DNA of 64,000 nt from Guillardia theta CCMP2712 (GCF_000315625.1 NW_005434664.1:357765-421764); one strand, 5' to 3'; positions 10,437 to 22,893 are shown, counted from the stretch's first letter. Notes: a model not told the origin generated them from the letters alone. Numbers and translations are program-made.

Positions 10437-12042
10437 TCAGCTCAGCACAAGCTCTTCCTCGAGACCCCTGCGCAACACCGTGAGTCAAACGGTCGAGACC
10501 GTGCCGTCAACGCAGCCTGATATGGACAACTCACCAGGGGAGAAACAGCTGCTCCTGCTCGTCGAAGACATAGCAAAAAGGGCTGCTGGGCATAGCACAG
10601 TCGTCCCGAGAGCTGCACACCCAAACCTCGTACCTCCCGAGCATCATCCACCGACCCAGCCCGCCTGAGGAGACGGTCTGGTTTCTTGCCTGCAGTCCCT
10701 CGATGATGGTGGTCCACGTCTCGTTCATACTGCAGTTGAGATACTCGGGGTGAATGGCCCACTGCCGTACCGTCTCGTTGGCATGTGAAGCATTCCCAGC
10801 TGGAGCGAAGGCGGTGGAGGTGGCGGACGAGTCTCGGGCGATATCTGAGGTACTTGGAGGAGACCCTGGCGGGGGCGAAGATGGAATGGGCGAGGCCGAT
10901 CGGCTTTCTGTGCACAGAGTTTCGTTCATGCATGGTACTAGCCCGGAATCGTATGAAGCAATCGGAGGCCAAGACGAATGATAGCAAGGCAGGTTGTTAT
11001 TGGACAGGCCCAAAAAGTTGAGCTGAGGCATATTGGCGAAAGCCTGGGAGGAGATGCAGGAAAGTCTGTTTTCCTGGAGAAGCAACTGCTGAATCGACGA
11101 GAGCTTGCTGAAGACTCCTTCTGGCAAGCTAGACAGAGCATTGCGCTCGAGATTTAGGTGCTGCAAGCCCGTGAGCCTGTCGAAGACTCCTGCTGGCAAG
11201 CTGGACAGCTTGATGTTGCTGAGAATAAGCTGCTGCAAGCCCGTGAGACTGTCGAAGACTCCTGCTGGCAAGCTGGACAGCATGTTGTCGCTGAGAACAA
11301 GCAGCTGCAAGCCCGTGAGCCTGTCGAAGACTCCTGCTGGCAAGGTGGACAGCTGATTATTGCTGAGAATAAGCCGCTGCAAGCCCGTGAGACTGTCGAA
11401 GACTCCTGCTGGCAAGCTGGACAGATTAGGGTACATCAAATACAGCCCCGACAAGCCTGAGAGCCCGTCGAAGACTCCTGCAGGCAGACTCTCCAGCTTG
11501 TTGTCATAAAGGGTCAAAGTCAGACCCGCGAACCTGTTCAAGGCTCCGGCGGGAAGACTGGAGAAGACACGGTGGTCAATCCCTAGCCCGGTAAGGCTCG
11601 GGACTCTGTCGAAGAATCCTGCAGGTAGATTTTCCAGCTTGTTGCTGATGAGATGAAGCCCCCGCAAGTTTGAGAGTTTGTCAAAGGCTCCTGCTGGAAT
11701 ACTCCGAAACGTGTTGTTACTAAGATTCAGACTGACCAGGCCCGAGAGCCCGCCGAAGACTCCCACAGGTAGACTCTCCAAGTTGTTGTTGTCGAGTTGT
11801 AAGTACATCAATGTCGACAATCCGGGCCCGTCAAAAGTTCCGTTGTAGATATTGCGTATACCCAAATCACGATTGAGAGCCAGAAACGTACAATATGAAC
11901 CACAGTCGCTTCCCTCCCTCGTCAACAAGCCCTCATCTGAGACATGGAACGTACAGCTCCCACAACTCACGCTGGCTGCTCCCTCAGCCTCCCATACCCA
12001 TCCCTCCAGCACCCATAAGAGCACCAACAGCGATGACCGCAT
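10437..12042 (-). CDS. Secreted leucine-rich-repeat protein (24-aa typical/VLR-like LRRs, Cys caps)
   Basis: Signal peptide MRSSLLVLLWVLEGWVWEAEG; about 11 LRRs of type LPAGVFDxLTGLQxLxLxxNxLSS; S/P-rich stalk and Cys-rich tail. A GTGAG donor near 10534 and acceptor at 10468 add a last exon W-GLEEELVLS*. Confidence 0.9.
11110..11490. repeat. 72-bp coding tandem repeat (about 48-bp near-identical block + 24-bp variable block)
   Basis: GTCGAAGACTCCTGC recurs at 11179, 11251, 11323, 11395 and 11467, an exact 72-bp period. Confidence 0.95.
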
Positions 12043-12527
12043 GCTCCTCGTTTCCGAATCGCGTCACACACAAGGGAAGTTGGGGATTATGAATGGTTTG
12101 TTGACTAGCCTCCGTAAAACAGACTAGTAGCGGTCAACAAACTTTTAGTAGCGGGGCTTGTAGTTTTTTTAATTGTTTACAATACTAATGAAAAATAATT
12201 GTATAGTTTCCTGGTACCCGCCGCACCTGGTAATAATAGTCTGTACTGAGGTGACCGGATCTTTCATTATGACATACGAGTGTTGCACTCAGACTGTGTC
12301 CTCGAGCCTTTAAAATCGACTAGTACTGATAGATTTTAGCCTAGTAGTGCAGGGTAGTGTGACCCATCTCAGCTGGGGCAGTCAAAACTTAAATAATACA
12401 TTTTACTACAGACTCCCGCAGAAAAATAATTTTACTAGTCATGATGACTCCAGCAGAGCAACCAATATTATAGTTTTAGAGTAGATGACTTGACAGCAGT
12501 GGCGGCCAAAACTCAACAATAATAATG

Positions 12528-12590
12528 ACTTACCGGGTGCCAGCAGCCCCCCATTATTATTTATAACTTACCGGGTGCCAGCAGCCCCCC
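12528..12590. repeat. 25-bp perfect direct repeat ACTTACCGGGTGCCAGCAGCCCCCC x2
   Basis: Copies at 12528-12552 and 12566-12590, separated by ATTATTATTTATA. Confidence 0.9.
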
Positions 12591-13247
12591 GCTCCTCCGG
12601 GCAGTCACTGAGTCATGCGCCGCGGCGGCTGGAGGCTCCGGGCGGACACTGACTCTGTGAGTTACCTCTTTTAACTCTTTACCGGTACTAAAGACCGGTC
12701 CGGCGAAGTTAACTTTGATGTGTAAACCGGCGCCGGTGAACTGAAAACCTGAGTCTCTTATAGAAGCCTACAGACTTTCATAAGCCTGACAGGGCCTGAG
12801 CCGGGGGACTCCGGACTTGTCCTGCGCGCAGTTAAGTGAAGGTATCAGTAAGTTTGGGCCCCCAGACAGCCGCTGAGTCACCCAGTGGTTGGTTCTCGCT
12901 GCCAGTTTCTCTTCTGGCCGTTTGGCCTGTGCGACAGTGTCAGGGTCAAGCCTCCTCGACCGAGCGAGTCTCATTATTGTCCCAGGCTCGTACTGATTTT
13001 TAACTTAACTTTGAGTAAAAAAATTCGCTGAGGGGACCGGCGCCGCCGGCGGGCCCGGGTCCGACAGCGAGGCCCCGGGCCCGGCCGGCCGGACCCTTGA
13101 GCATTCGGAGGCATCATCCACCCACCGACAGTCTCCTACTACCCCTACCCCTAAGTTGAGCTAAAAGTACCCAGTGTCTGCTATCAATAATCCCATTGAT
13201 AAGTACCCCTACCCCTTGTCCAATCCTGTAGACGAAAACCGAGAGCC

Positions 13248-13802
13248 ATGCCCAAAGGGTTTCGCACTCTCCTCCTGCTCCTCCTCCTGCTCCTGCTGGA
13301 TCTCGCTGCTGCTACCCAGCTGCCAGCTCTTCTTCTTCCCATCCTTTCAGTTCTTCCTTGTCTCGCAGCCTTCGCTCCCTCGCTCCTCTCCACCGCTCGG
13401 AAGGCTGAAACTTGCTGGGCGCGAGAGCCTATGGGTCGTATTCCCTGCTTTCCGCGGCAAAGCGCGAGAACAGTGGTCTCGATGAGCTCTGGGGGAGGAG
13501 GAAGCGATGATGGATACACGGGCGGTGACGAACTTGCCATCCGTATGATGATATCCAGGAATAGGATGGCAAGACAGGAAGCGGAAGGGAACAGGGAGTA
13601 CGTGCCATTTGACGTGGCTGTAAAATGGGCAAGGAAACTCAAGCTGTGGAAGACGAAGGAGGAGTGGGAAGAGTGGATTTCCAGGAACCAAGAGGCCTTC
13701 CCCTACATTCCTCCTGATCCAGAAGATTATTACAAGAAGCGAGGTGTATGGTTGGGTTGGTCTTTCTGGACAGGAGCTTCAGACGGCGATACGGATTCCT
13801 GA
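13248..13802 (+). CDS. Putative plastid-targeted small protein with one phage-integrase-repeat-like (Trp-rich) domain
   Basis: Hydrophobic leader then CLAA|FAPS motif and R/S-rich transit region. The C-terminal PFDVAVKWARKLKLWKTKEEWEEW...IPPDPEDYYKKRGVWLGWSFWTG matches the F-x-A-x-AR-L...EW..W...IP..P...Y...W.GW..W.G pattern. Confidence 0.7.
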   Translation: MPKGFRTLLLLLLLLLLDLAAATQLPALLLPILSVLPCLAAFAPSLLSTARKAETCWAREPMGRIPCFPRQSARTVVSMSSGGGGSDDGYTGGDELAIRMMISRNRMARQEAEGNREYVPFDVAVKWARKLKLWKTKEEWEEWISRNQEAFPYIPPDPEDYYKKRGVWLGWSFWTGASDGDTDS

Positions 13803-13999
13803 TGATAGAGCGCAGAGAGGTTGCACTGAGAGAATGGGGAGAACGAAGCTATCAGAGAGATGGATGGAGCAAGAGAGGGAGAGGAAGGATGGGACATCCC
13901 AGGAAAAGAGGGCTGGATTATGAAGGCGAGCACAGAGGAGGAATGGTCAATCAAAGGGCGTCAGCGACTGTGATCTTCCCGTCTTGGGCACTGCACGAC

Positions 14000-16869
14000 A
14001 GATGGTATCAGCACGGGATAGCAACGGCGGGTCATCACCAACCTGATGAGGGTGATACCATCGCCGGATGCGAAGAAGTTGATGAAAGGCTTCACGTCCT
14101 TGCTCACTTGGTTGAGGCGAAACCCTGGGAGGAGCCAACACGATTTCACGATGCCATGTCCCTCCCTCCCTCCCTCCCCGCCTGCCTGACTGCCCACCTC
14201 TCCCCCTTCCCTCCTTTCTCCCTGCTCCTCCCTGCCAGCCCTCCCCACCCTGCCGATCCAGCTCTCGGCCTTACATTCTTTGTTGTCGACGCAGAAGCGC
14301 AGGGTCCCCCAATCTCTGCTGCATGTGTCACAGACGGGTATCAGCCGGCGCATCTTTGACCTGTTGAGCTCCATCTTCACGATGGACCCATCCTTGAAGG
14401 AGTATCTGTGCTTCCTGTCGAGAACAACGTCACCTGCGCCGCCTCCCCTCCTCGTGGTAACGCACCGGAACTTCCTCTTCGTCTCTAGAGTCACGTCACC
14501 GATTCCTCGGATGTGGACGTCGAGCTGAGAAGTAACTATGAGGAGAGCAAGAGGGACGACGCGGAGTACCCGCTGCCCGCTCTCAGGCTCAGGTATGATC
14601 CTCTGTACAAGGGGGTTGCGTGCAGCGGCTGGAATCGTGTCATCCTTTCCTCTCCTTCTTAACAGGACACACCTCTCTGCGTGACGTATACGCATCCTGT
14701 GCTACACAGCATCCAAGCTGGAGATCTGGACCAAGAACGATTTCAGGAGGCACTCGGCCGTGAGGAAAGTGAGAGCAAAGATCTCAGCGACAGCAAAGGT
14801 CAGAAAGAAAGATCACGAAGAGCAAACGAGGGGCAAGATGGCCCTGCATGTACGATTGAAGCTGACTCACAAAAGAAATTTTGCGAAGCACTCAGCCGGG
14901 TCGACGGGAAATTCCGCGACGCCCTAAGGGAGGAGGTCGTCAAAGGTCGTCATACTAGCAGTTGGAGGTCCGAAGACTCACGATGTAACCCGTGCTCCTC
15001 AACTTATCTGCCAAGAGTTCATAGGGGAACAAAATCAAACTCGCCTCACTGATCTCCCCGTGGAGATCCCTCACCTATACGGACGGTCCATCGGCTGATT
15101 CCGTTCGTCATGTCCTTCCCCCAGAATGCTGCAGGGAGTCTCATCATCTCAGCTCAACGGAAACTCTTCAACGTCACCGAAGGATGGGAAGTTCATCTGA
15201 ACCCTCTTGCGAACGACTCGTCCTCCCTTCTCCTCGTGAGCAAGTGACGAGCAAGGGGGCAGGCGGTCACCTCCAACATGTGAAGTCCGCGTCCCAACAG
15301 GTTGGGGTCGAATCGATGCTCACTGCATCCAGGTCAGCGGAGAGGGGAGGAGGATGGAGACAACATTGGAACAAGGTGCGACCCTGGAAGCTCTGAGAAG
15401 ACCTGTCCTTGATGATCAAGAGGGGTGGGAAGGGGAGAGGGGGAGGGGGCGGAATGGAGAAGGAGTGGAAGAGGTGCGATCGATGTTTCTGAACGAGAAG
15501 AAACAAATGTTTTTGAACGTCGACAACCTTTTTCTCGTGCAAAGCCGCATCCTCGAGCATTTTCTGAAATCACCGAATCAGTTTTGAACCAGCAGGCTGT
15601 GCTTGTCAACCTTTTCCTTCACCGCCTGTTTTTCATCTCTCTTCGCCCACTTCCTTACCTTCCTCCTCTTCCAAACCGACAAATCACTTCCCAGCATTCG
15701 GAATGCAACCCCTTTCAGCAAACCTGTTTAGCCGATGACAACTTGACCCACTCTGACATGCTCATCCGATGCTTCAGCCTTTGCAACTCCTGCGGGAGAA
15801 ATGCTGGTCAAACCGATGATACGAATTATGAAGCAGACCTGATAGCTCATGTCCCTGCCACCTTCCGTCAGTTCGTGGACACATCATCACGCTGCATTTA
15901 CCTTCGAGCCTTTCCGATTTCATCTGCAGTCACGAGGTAGACAGGATATTTCTCCTTCTCCTGAGGCTTAATGATAGCTTGATCATAATCCTTGCCTCCA
16001 TCACGAGTTTTGCGATTGTTTTTATCCTTAGCACCACGCTCGCTCGAGTCCTTCTCTTTGGAATCTGCTGATTTCCCATCCGGTTCTTCGGAGAGGGCTT
16101 CAAATCCTGGAATTCAAGTTTGTGAGAAAACGAGGAGCATCAAGCAAAAACTCATCACCGCTCATTTCCTCCGCGTCTTCTTCCTTCTTGAAATCTTCTA
16201 GCAGATTCCAACCAGCCGACTTCTGCTGCTCAAGTCGAGCCTCTGTCGCCAGCCCCCCACCACCTTCCGTTTCCCGCTCCCCGGGGATGCTGGTGAAGTC
16301 GCATGCAGCCCTGAATCTTGCCGCCTGTCGAACTCATAAGTCGCTTCCGCAGACTCTCATCGCAAGCTCCACCAGCTGCCACTTGGCCAGGGGAGTACCC
16401 AACGCATGCTTGGCGAGCGCCGCTTCAAAGTGACGCCGCTCGAGAAGTTTGCTCAAGTCGTTGCCGTCCACGAGGGTCATGAGTTGCTTTGCCTGTCATG
16501 CAGCGCTCAGCCATGGCGAGTAGCACAACACATCCATCATCAAGGTGTCACCTGGTCAGCATTGGCTGAGAGGCCGTAAAAGGAGAATACCTCCTTCACC
16601 CTTGACAGCGAAATGCCCTGTGCGTTCAGCTCCCCGTACTGATTGATCACCAGCTGCCAATTGTCCACCGTACTTCCACCCCTCAGCACCTCTTGAAGGC
16701 AGGGAGGCTGCTGCAGGAGGGGGCCGCTGCTCAGGATGAGGGGAAAGTAACGATATTGCCTCCTAGCTGGCAAGTTCGATCCCCCTCCAGGATAGAGCTG
16801 ATCCGATAGTACAAGGGAGTCATCAGAGAGCTCGAGGAAGAAGAAAAAGTAGAGAACGAGGATGAGCAT
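14000..16869 (-). CDS. Uncharacterised multi-exon protein; signal-like N-terminus with LRGG, possible C-terminal SPRY/ConA-like domain (may be more than one gene)
   Basis: MLILVLYFFFFLELS...QEVLRGGSTVD; spliced exons AKQLMTLVDGNDL and AARFRAACDF; C-terminal FKDGSIVKMELNRSK/GTLRFCVDNKE/VKPFINFFASGDGITLI resembles SPRY strands. Confidence 0.45.
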
Positions 16870-17633
16870 GCGATACCGGTCCCTTCATGCCCAAAGTTAG
16901 CGTTCCACTTGCATGCGCCTCCCAAACTCACATCACTGCCGTGCTCGGTTCAGGAAGATGAGTCAGCCGCCATGAGCACCTCTGAACGAGGCTCCTTCTT
17001 CGCATGCATAGCAACTATCCTCCTCCTTTCTCCCTCCTCCCCTCTTCCTGCATCGGTCTCTCCCTCTCTCCTCCCATTCATTCGCCACCATCCTACTGCT
17101 GCATCGTGACCGGACGCATATCGACCTTCACTCAACAATTTTCATCCCCTCATCCCCGCTCACACAGCCACCAGCTGCTGAGGCGCCACTGCTGCTGAGC
17201 GCGCACCGTGGCACCGTGCCACTGCAGGGCCGTGCCAGTCACAGGTCTGAGTCGGGCTCGGATCCTGACGACCGCGCGGCCTCTGATCGGCCCGCCGGGA
17301 TCGGACTCGGAACTTCCGGGTGATCATCGCGCGTGCCAATGGGCCGCGGCGGCAGGCCCGACAGTGAGGCCTGAGTCCGACACTGGCAGCAGTGCGATCA
17401 CCGGAATAGGCTGCCTATTCCGGCCGGCGGCCTCAGGAGTCGGGGCCGCTCTTCAACGCCCGGCCGGTGGACCACACCGCCGAGTTAGCGGCGCCCCGGC
17501 GGCGGCGTACGGTACGGCGGGCTCGTCACCGAGTCGCGTGAGACTCGACAACAGGCGTGCACGTGCATGTATTGAGGAAAAGGCTCTAGAACGCGAAGTC
17601 CTTCTCTGTTTCAAGCAGCTCCGACTCGGCAGG

Positions 17634-19158
17634 TCACAGGAATTGTATCCACTGATCCACAGCGGACTCTGTCCCATACCATTCGTACGTCTCGGGCAGG
17701 CGCAGGCTCTTGCCGGGTGTCGGAACGAACGCCTGAAACAAGAGAGAGAGCAAGAGAGTTAGGGAATAGGATAGCGATGTTGGGATCGCAAAGTGAACCG
17801 CGTGGTTGCAGTTTTCGATGATCACGGATCTGCATTCCGCAAGCACAGCAACCTCGACTGGAATCAAACCTTGCTGGCCATCAGCATCGCGCGACGGAGC
17901 AGAGACACCTTACCGTCTCCCTCTGTCTCAAACGCCTTCCCTGAGAGGGGGAAGTACCTTGAACGAGGCAAAACTCAGTCAAAAAATTGTACACTCCAGA
18001 TGCAGAATGAGGGCCATACGATGCCAGCGCAACGATCTCTTCCAACTTGGGAAGCTCGTCAGCACCGAGGACTCCGCCTCCAACAGCAGCTCACCAGCTT
18101 GCTACGTCGCTGCTTCTCATCCCACAGCTTCTCCCCCACTTTGCTGATCACGTCCATAAGGCCCCTGGGCGTGACGGTCCCCTTGCCCGCTACCTGCGCC
18201 ACCTCGTCACCAGTGTGGCAGCCAGCGACAGTCAGCATCTCACGCAAGTCACGGCACTGGCATCGAGGGGAAAGCCGTTGGGGAAGTTCTCGTTGATGTA
18301 CGAGAGGAGCCCTCGCGTTTGATCCACAGCTGTGAGAGGAGCGGAGAGCATCGAAGGGGACCAGAGAAGGAGAGTCATTGGAGGCTCGGTGGGTCAGGTA
18401 GCAGGCCCACCTGAGACGATCGAGTCTTTCGGGGGAGGGTTATGTGGAGTTCCCAAGGTCACCAATGACCGGATCCTCTTCTTCGCCTTCTCCTCTCCGA
18501 GCACCTCGGCGATGTAGGAGCGCGCGACCCACCTGAATGCAAGCGGAGGTTGTAAGGACAGTTGTCAGCCTCCGCCACATGCTCAATCCTCACCCTCCAA
18601 TGCTGTGGCCGAGGACAGCAACTTCAACGTCTACTCCGTAGTCCTTTTCCACCTGCTCGAAGGCGCGATCCAACGCAGAGTAGAAGAAGCCCAGGGTCTT
18701 GGAAGGGCGGAGGGATGCGGTGAAGAACTTGCCGGACATAGGCGTCATGCACAGCATGCATGCAAGTACTACTTCACCTCCTTGGTCAGGGTGGACGGAA
18801 CAATCTTGAGCCAGTCGAGCCTGGAGAGAGGAGCAGGGTAAAGGTTGAAGCCTCGCTTCAGCAGCGTCTTCTGAAGATCTTCATAGTCGCGCTGGGTCCC
18901 GAACTGGGCAGGACAGAGAACCACTGGCTTGAGATTCTTCACATCAAGGCCCTCGGCACCCTGAATCATCGATGTTGTATCGACTTGAGAAAACAGCGAG
19001 AGTGCAGGTCTTTGAGCAATCGGTCGACTGCGACCGACAACGGGGAGCCGGCAGGAAGGAAATGCATCCGCCAGGTCACATCGTAGCAGGAAGAGCGTAC
19101 AGGACAAGAGAATGAGCGGACGCGTGAGGCAGATACTCCAGGAGGAGTGTAGAACCAT
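17634..19158 (-). CDS. Plastid-targeted alpha/beta-hydrolase (PGAP1/lipase-like)
   Basis: Signal peptide ending DLADA|FP; PVVLCPAQFG, LSRLDWLK, nucleophile motif LGHSIGGW (about 18595-18615), LVTLGTPH, DQTRGLL, and a C-terminal WYGTESAVDQWIQFL*. Confidence 0.85.
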
Positions 19159-19925
19159 GTTGAGACTGATAGAAGAACTAGAAGAACTTTCGCTCGTTCT
19201 TGTCCCTCCCCCTCCCTCCTCCTACTCGTCCTGCCTGGGAATTTCCTGGGAGTTTATAACCTACCACCCCGCCCCTTATTTGCCACAAATGTACCCCCAC
19301 CTTTCCCATGATGACTTGGTACCCCTACTTTCCCATCAAAATCAGTCCACCCCTCCCCATCCTCCCTATCCCTGGATTCACCCACCCCTCACCTTCAGAT
19401 ACACTGAGGAATACAAGGAGGTGGTAGTGAATTCCTAAGGTAGTAAAGAAAATAGGGGTAGTGAGTGTGCTGGTGAAGGGGGTTAAAGGCAGTAAACAGG
19501 TAGGGTATACTTACATTTACTTTGAACGCTGGGTGGGGTCCAACAACCTCCGCCTCAGAGGGCAAAAGCCGTTGGCGCATGGCGTTGACAGCTGAAATGG
19601 GCATGAATGCAAGAGGGGCGGGAGGAGGAGGAGGATGATGGGAGGAGGAGGAGGAGGAAGAGGAGAGGGTATGGAAAGAAGGGTAAGGAAGAGAGGAAAC
19701 GATTGTATGTGTTTGGGCAGCATGGAGAGAGACAATGGGTGAGGGGAAGCAAGTAGATGACGACTGGGAGTAGGGTTGGAAGGTAAAGTGCAAGTGCAGG
19801 GGATGGGAGAGGAGTGGTTACAGTTTGATTATCCATAGCAAAGCTTATCAGAGAAAAATAGAGACGAGAGACTTTTCCTTCCTTGCCCTCCAAAATGATG
19901 TCACACGACGTCTGACTTGAATTTG

Positions 19926-22435
19926 ATGGACAAGATGTCGAAGGAAGTTCTGATGTCCCGGCGTCCCAACGCCATGGATACCATCGATGCAGCGAGGTGA
20001 TTTCTATTCGGCTCATTGATGGATCCGTCTCCCCTTTCTCGCCTCTCATACCTCATACCCGTAAACTCTTGTCTCATGTCCAAGATCTCATGTCTGGTAC
20101 AATTCTGTGACATTGTTGGTTTGAAACTTGCAGAATCAGCCATGGAGACGTGTACAAGAGCGGGGGATATCAGCCTCCTCCCATCTCAAACTACAAGGGT
20201 GTCATGCTCTGCGATCGTCCTACGACAAAGGTTCCTCCTTGGTTCTTCTCCTCCCGCTTGCTTGTCCTCTGTCCGCGAGATCAACACAAATGCATGTCCT
20301 TCTCACAGTTTCATTCATGCAGGGAGGAGCTGGGAAGACAGCTCAATCTGATGGTGGGCCGTTTGCGTGCGCTGTGGGGCCAGGATCGAAGTACGAAGCA
20401 CTGGGACTGAACCCCTCGAGGTAGAGAGCTGGGGGGTGGGGCGTGGGGATGAGTTGGGGCGTCAGGGAGCAGCGAGCTGCCAAGTTGGCTGCGGACAACA
20501 AAGTTCGACCTCGGGAGGTTGTTCAAGCTCTAGGAAGACCTTGCAGGCGCGCTGAAGCTGTTCCAGGGCAACGACTTCCTGTCGAAGCACAAGAAGTGGC
20601 TCTCGCAGCTGGGGAAGGCAAAGCAACAGAGGATGGAGGACGAGGCCATGGCCGTGCAGGTGCTGGCGGCGATCGCCCTGGGATTATGCGATGCCTGATG
20701 CTTGCGCCAGGGTGCTATTGAGAAGACCAAGAAGTTCAAGGAATATGCTGCGAAGCTGCGTGCGAACATCCGGGAGGCGAAAGATCAACATGCTACGGGT
20801 ACGACACCGTTCTCTTCCTAACCCCCCCCCCCCACCGCCCCCACCAATTCTTACCTCCCCCTCCCCTCTTCCTCACCCTGACAGCAGTGCGCAGGCTACC
20901 TTTCGCAAGAGGCACTGGAAGAGCACACGCGAAGCTCGATGAGCGGAGCTTCATCGAAGAGATCGTCGCAACAGGGGAAGCCCCAGAAACAGAAGGAGGC
21001 GAAGAAACCTGTGTGGGCCCTGACGGAGGAGGTAAGCAGAGCTCGATGCCGGGCATCCTAGTCGTAGCGTCTCCTCACTTGGTACACTTCTTGCCAGGGC
21101 CTGGAAGGAAGGGAAGAGGAGGAGCTGGATGAGCTGCTCAAGTTTACCAACAACCTTGTAAATTGCTAGAAGATGAAATGGAGGATTTCTCAGAGTTTGC
21201 GGCAGGACTACGACAAGTTCATCGAAGACTATGAAGTGAAGAATGCGCTGACAGCGGTCAAGAACAGGATAGCAGAGCTTGCACAGGGCAAGGTGGGAAA
21301 GAGAAGGAGGAGGAGGGGAGAGAGGACGAGGATGGTTGACATCGTCCACAGGATCGGATAAGGAGAGCGGAGGAGAATGGGCAGAATGAGGAGGAATCTG
21401 CTTTGGATCTTAACGACTCGGGAAGCGAGTGGAAGGAGGCGTTTGTAAAGGTATGCCTCGTCCTGTTCTACACATACCCTTCCTTCTCCTCATGTTGTCA
21501 CTGCAGGGGTGGAATGAGGCAGAGAATCCGGACCGTCTGAATACCGCAAGGAGCGATAGGACGAACGTGTCAAGAGTGTCGCAGGCGACGTAAGCTCCCA
21601 TCCTTCTCGCTCTCCTCTTCCTCCAGTCCGTCCCACGCTGCAGCCCCCCCCCCCCTCCTCCTTCCGTTCCTTCTGCTCCTCCTCCTGCTCCACCTCAGCT
21701 TCCTATGCTATACTCGCTAAACCTTTCCTCTTCGTGCCTCTTCCTCTTCGTCTCACTTGGATTCCAGTGCTCGCTCGCATAGGAGCGCTGCTGAAGATGA
21801 TGCTCAATCCGTGGCAGCTTCGGATGTTTCCGATCGCGACGTTTCCATGCAGGCAAGACCTTTCTAACCATCTCGTCCTCATCTTGTTTTTCTGCTTCCA
21901 ATCAACTACTCGTCCTCTCCCTCCCCCACTTACCTCCTCCCCTGTAGCCCCAACCTCCATGTCTGATTCTTTTCCTTTCAAGGTTGCTGAGCAGATCCTT
22001 AACACATCGAGAAGCTTGAGAAAAGTTCACTCCACTCGCTCCATCCGAGGGATTTTGGACAAGAAGGCGGTCAGTATCTCCTCCTCGTTCTCGTCCATCC
22101 TCCTCCTCCTCCTCCTCCTCCTTCTCCTCCTCCTCCTCCTCCTCCTCCTCCTCGCTCTACCCCTTTCCCCTCCCCCCTCGCTTACCCTTCATGCTTTGCA
22201 GAAGAAGATTCAGACCCTCGAAACTGTGGGTGAAGACGTGGACATCGGCCAGGGCATCAATCCTCCCATCTCCAAGGTCTGGCAAGCGGCTAGCTCCCTT
22301 CTTCCTCCTCTTGACCGGCTCTCATGGCAGGTATACGATGCGGAGGATCAAGGGGTAGCAGCGGGTGGAGGAAACAAGAAGCGGACTGTCGATGCTTCCA
22401 ACCTCCCCTACCTTCATAGGAACCCAGCAGTCTGA
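19926..22435 (+). CDS. Uncharacterised conserved-looking multi-exon protein
   Basis: Spliceable exons: MDKMSKEVL, NYKGVMLCDRP, FLSKHKKWL, KKPVWALTEE, DYDKFIEDYEVKNAL, LRKVHSTRSI, ending SNLPYLHRNPAV*. Confidence 0.7.
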
Positions 22436-22893
22436 GCTCGCCCCCCCTAAGCCTCTGATATTGTTTCTATGCTCTTTAGTACCTCGTTTGCAAACTTCAA
22501 TTGACTTGTGGATGAACCAAACTTGTACTTGCTCCTCAGTCCGAGACGTTGACTCTCTCGCCTCCCGGACTCGCCGGACTCCGGAGTCCCGGGCCGGGCC
22601 CTGGCACCGTGGCAGTGGCCGGCCCCGCCGCCGGCTGAGTGACGGTGGCCCGGGCCCGACCCGGGCTAACTTAGTTTTAGACCTAAACCCTGTGGTCCGA
22701 CAATCGGACGCTGCCCGGCGGGCACTGCTCAGAGTTCAGTGACGTCACGCGGCTCCGCTCAGCCTGGCCGGCCCGCTAAGTCCGAGGCTGAGTCAAAGAG
22801 AGTCACACAGGCTTCGGAACAGCGTAGGGTTGAGAGGGGATGTGGGCCACCGATCTGTCAAATTCGCATCACGTCTTTAGTCAGGGAGAGGGG

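Noticed and set aside
11110-11490. CRISPR-like repeat/spacer periodicity
   Set aside because: The 72-bp period is in-frame LRR coding sequence, the 'spacers' are homologous to each other, the context is eukaryotic and there are no cas genes.
12537-12586. GTGCCAGCAGCC matches the SSU rRNA 530-loop primer site
   Set aside because: Only 12 nt match, it is not followed by GCGGTAA, and there is no surrounding rRNA similarity.
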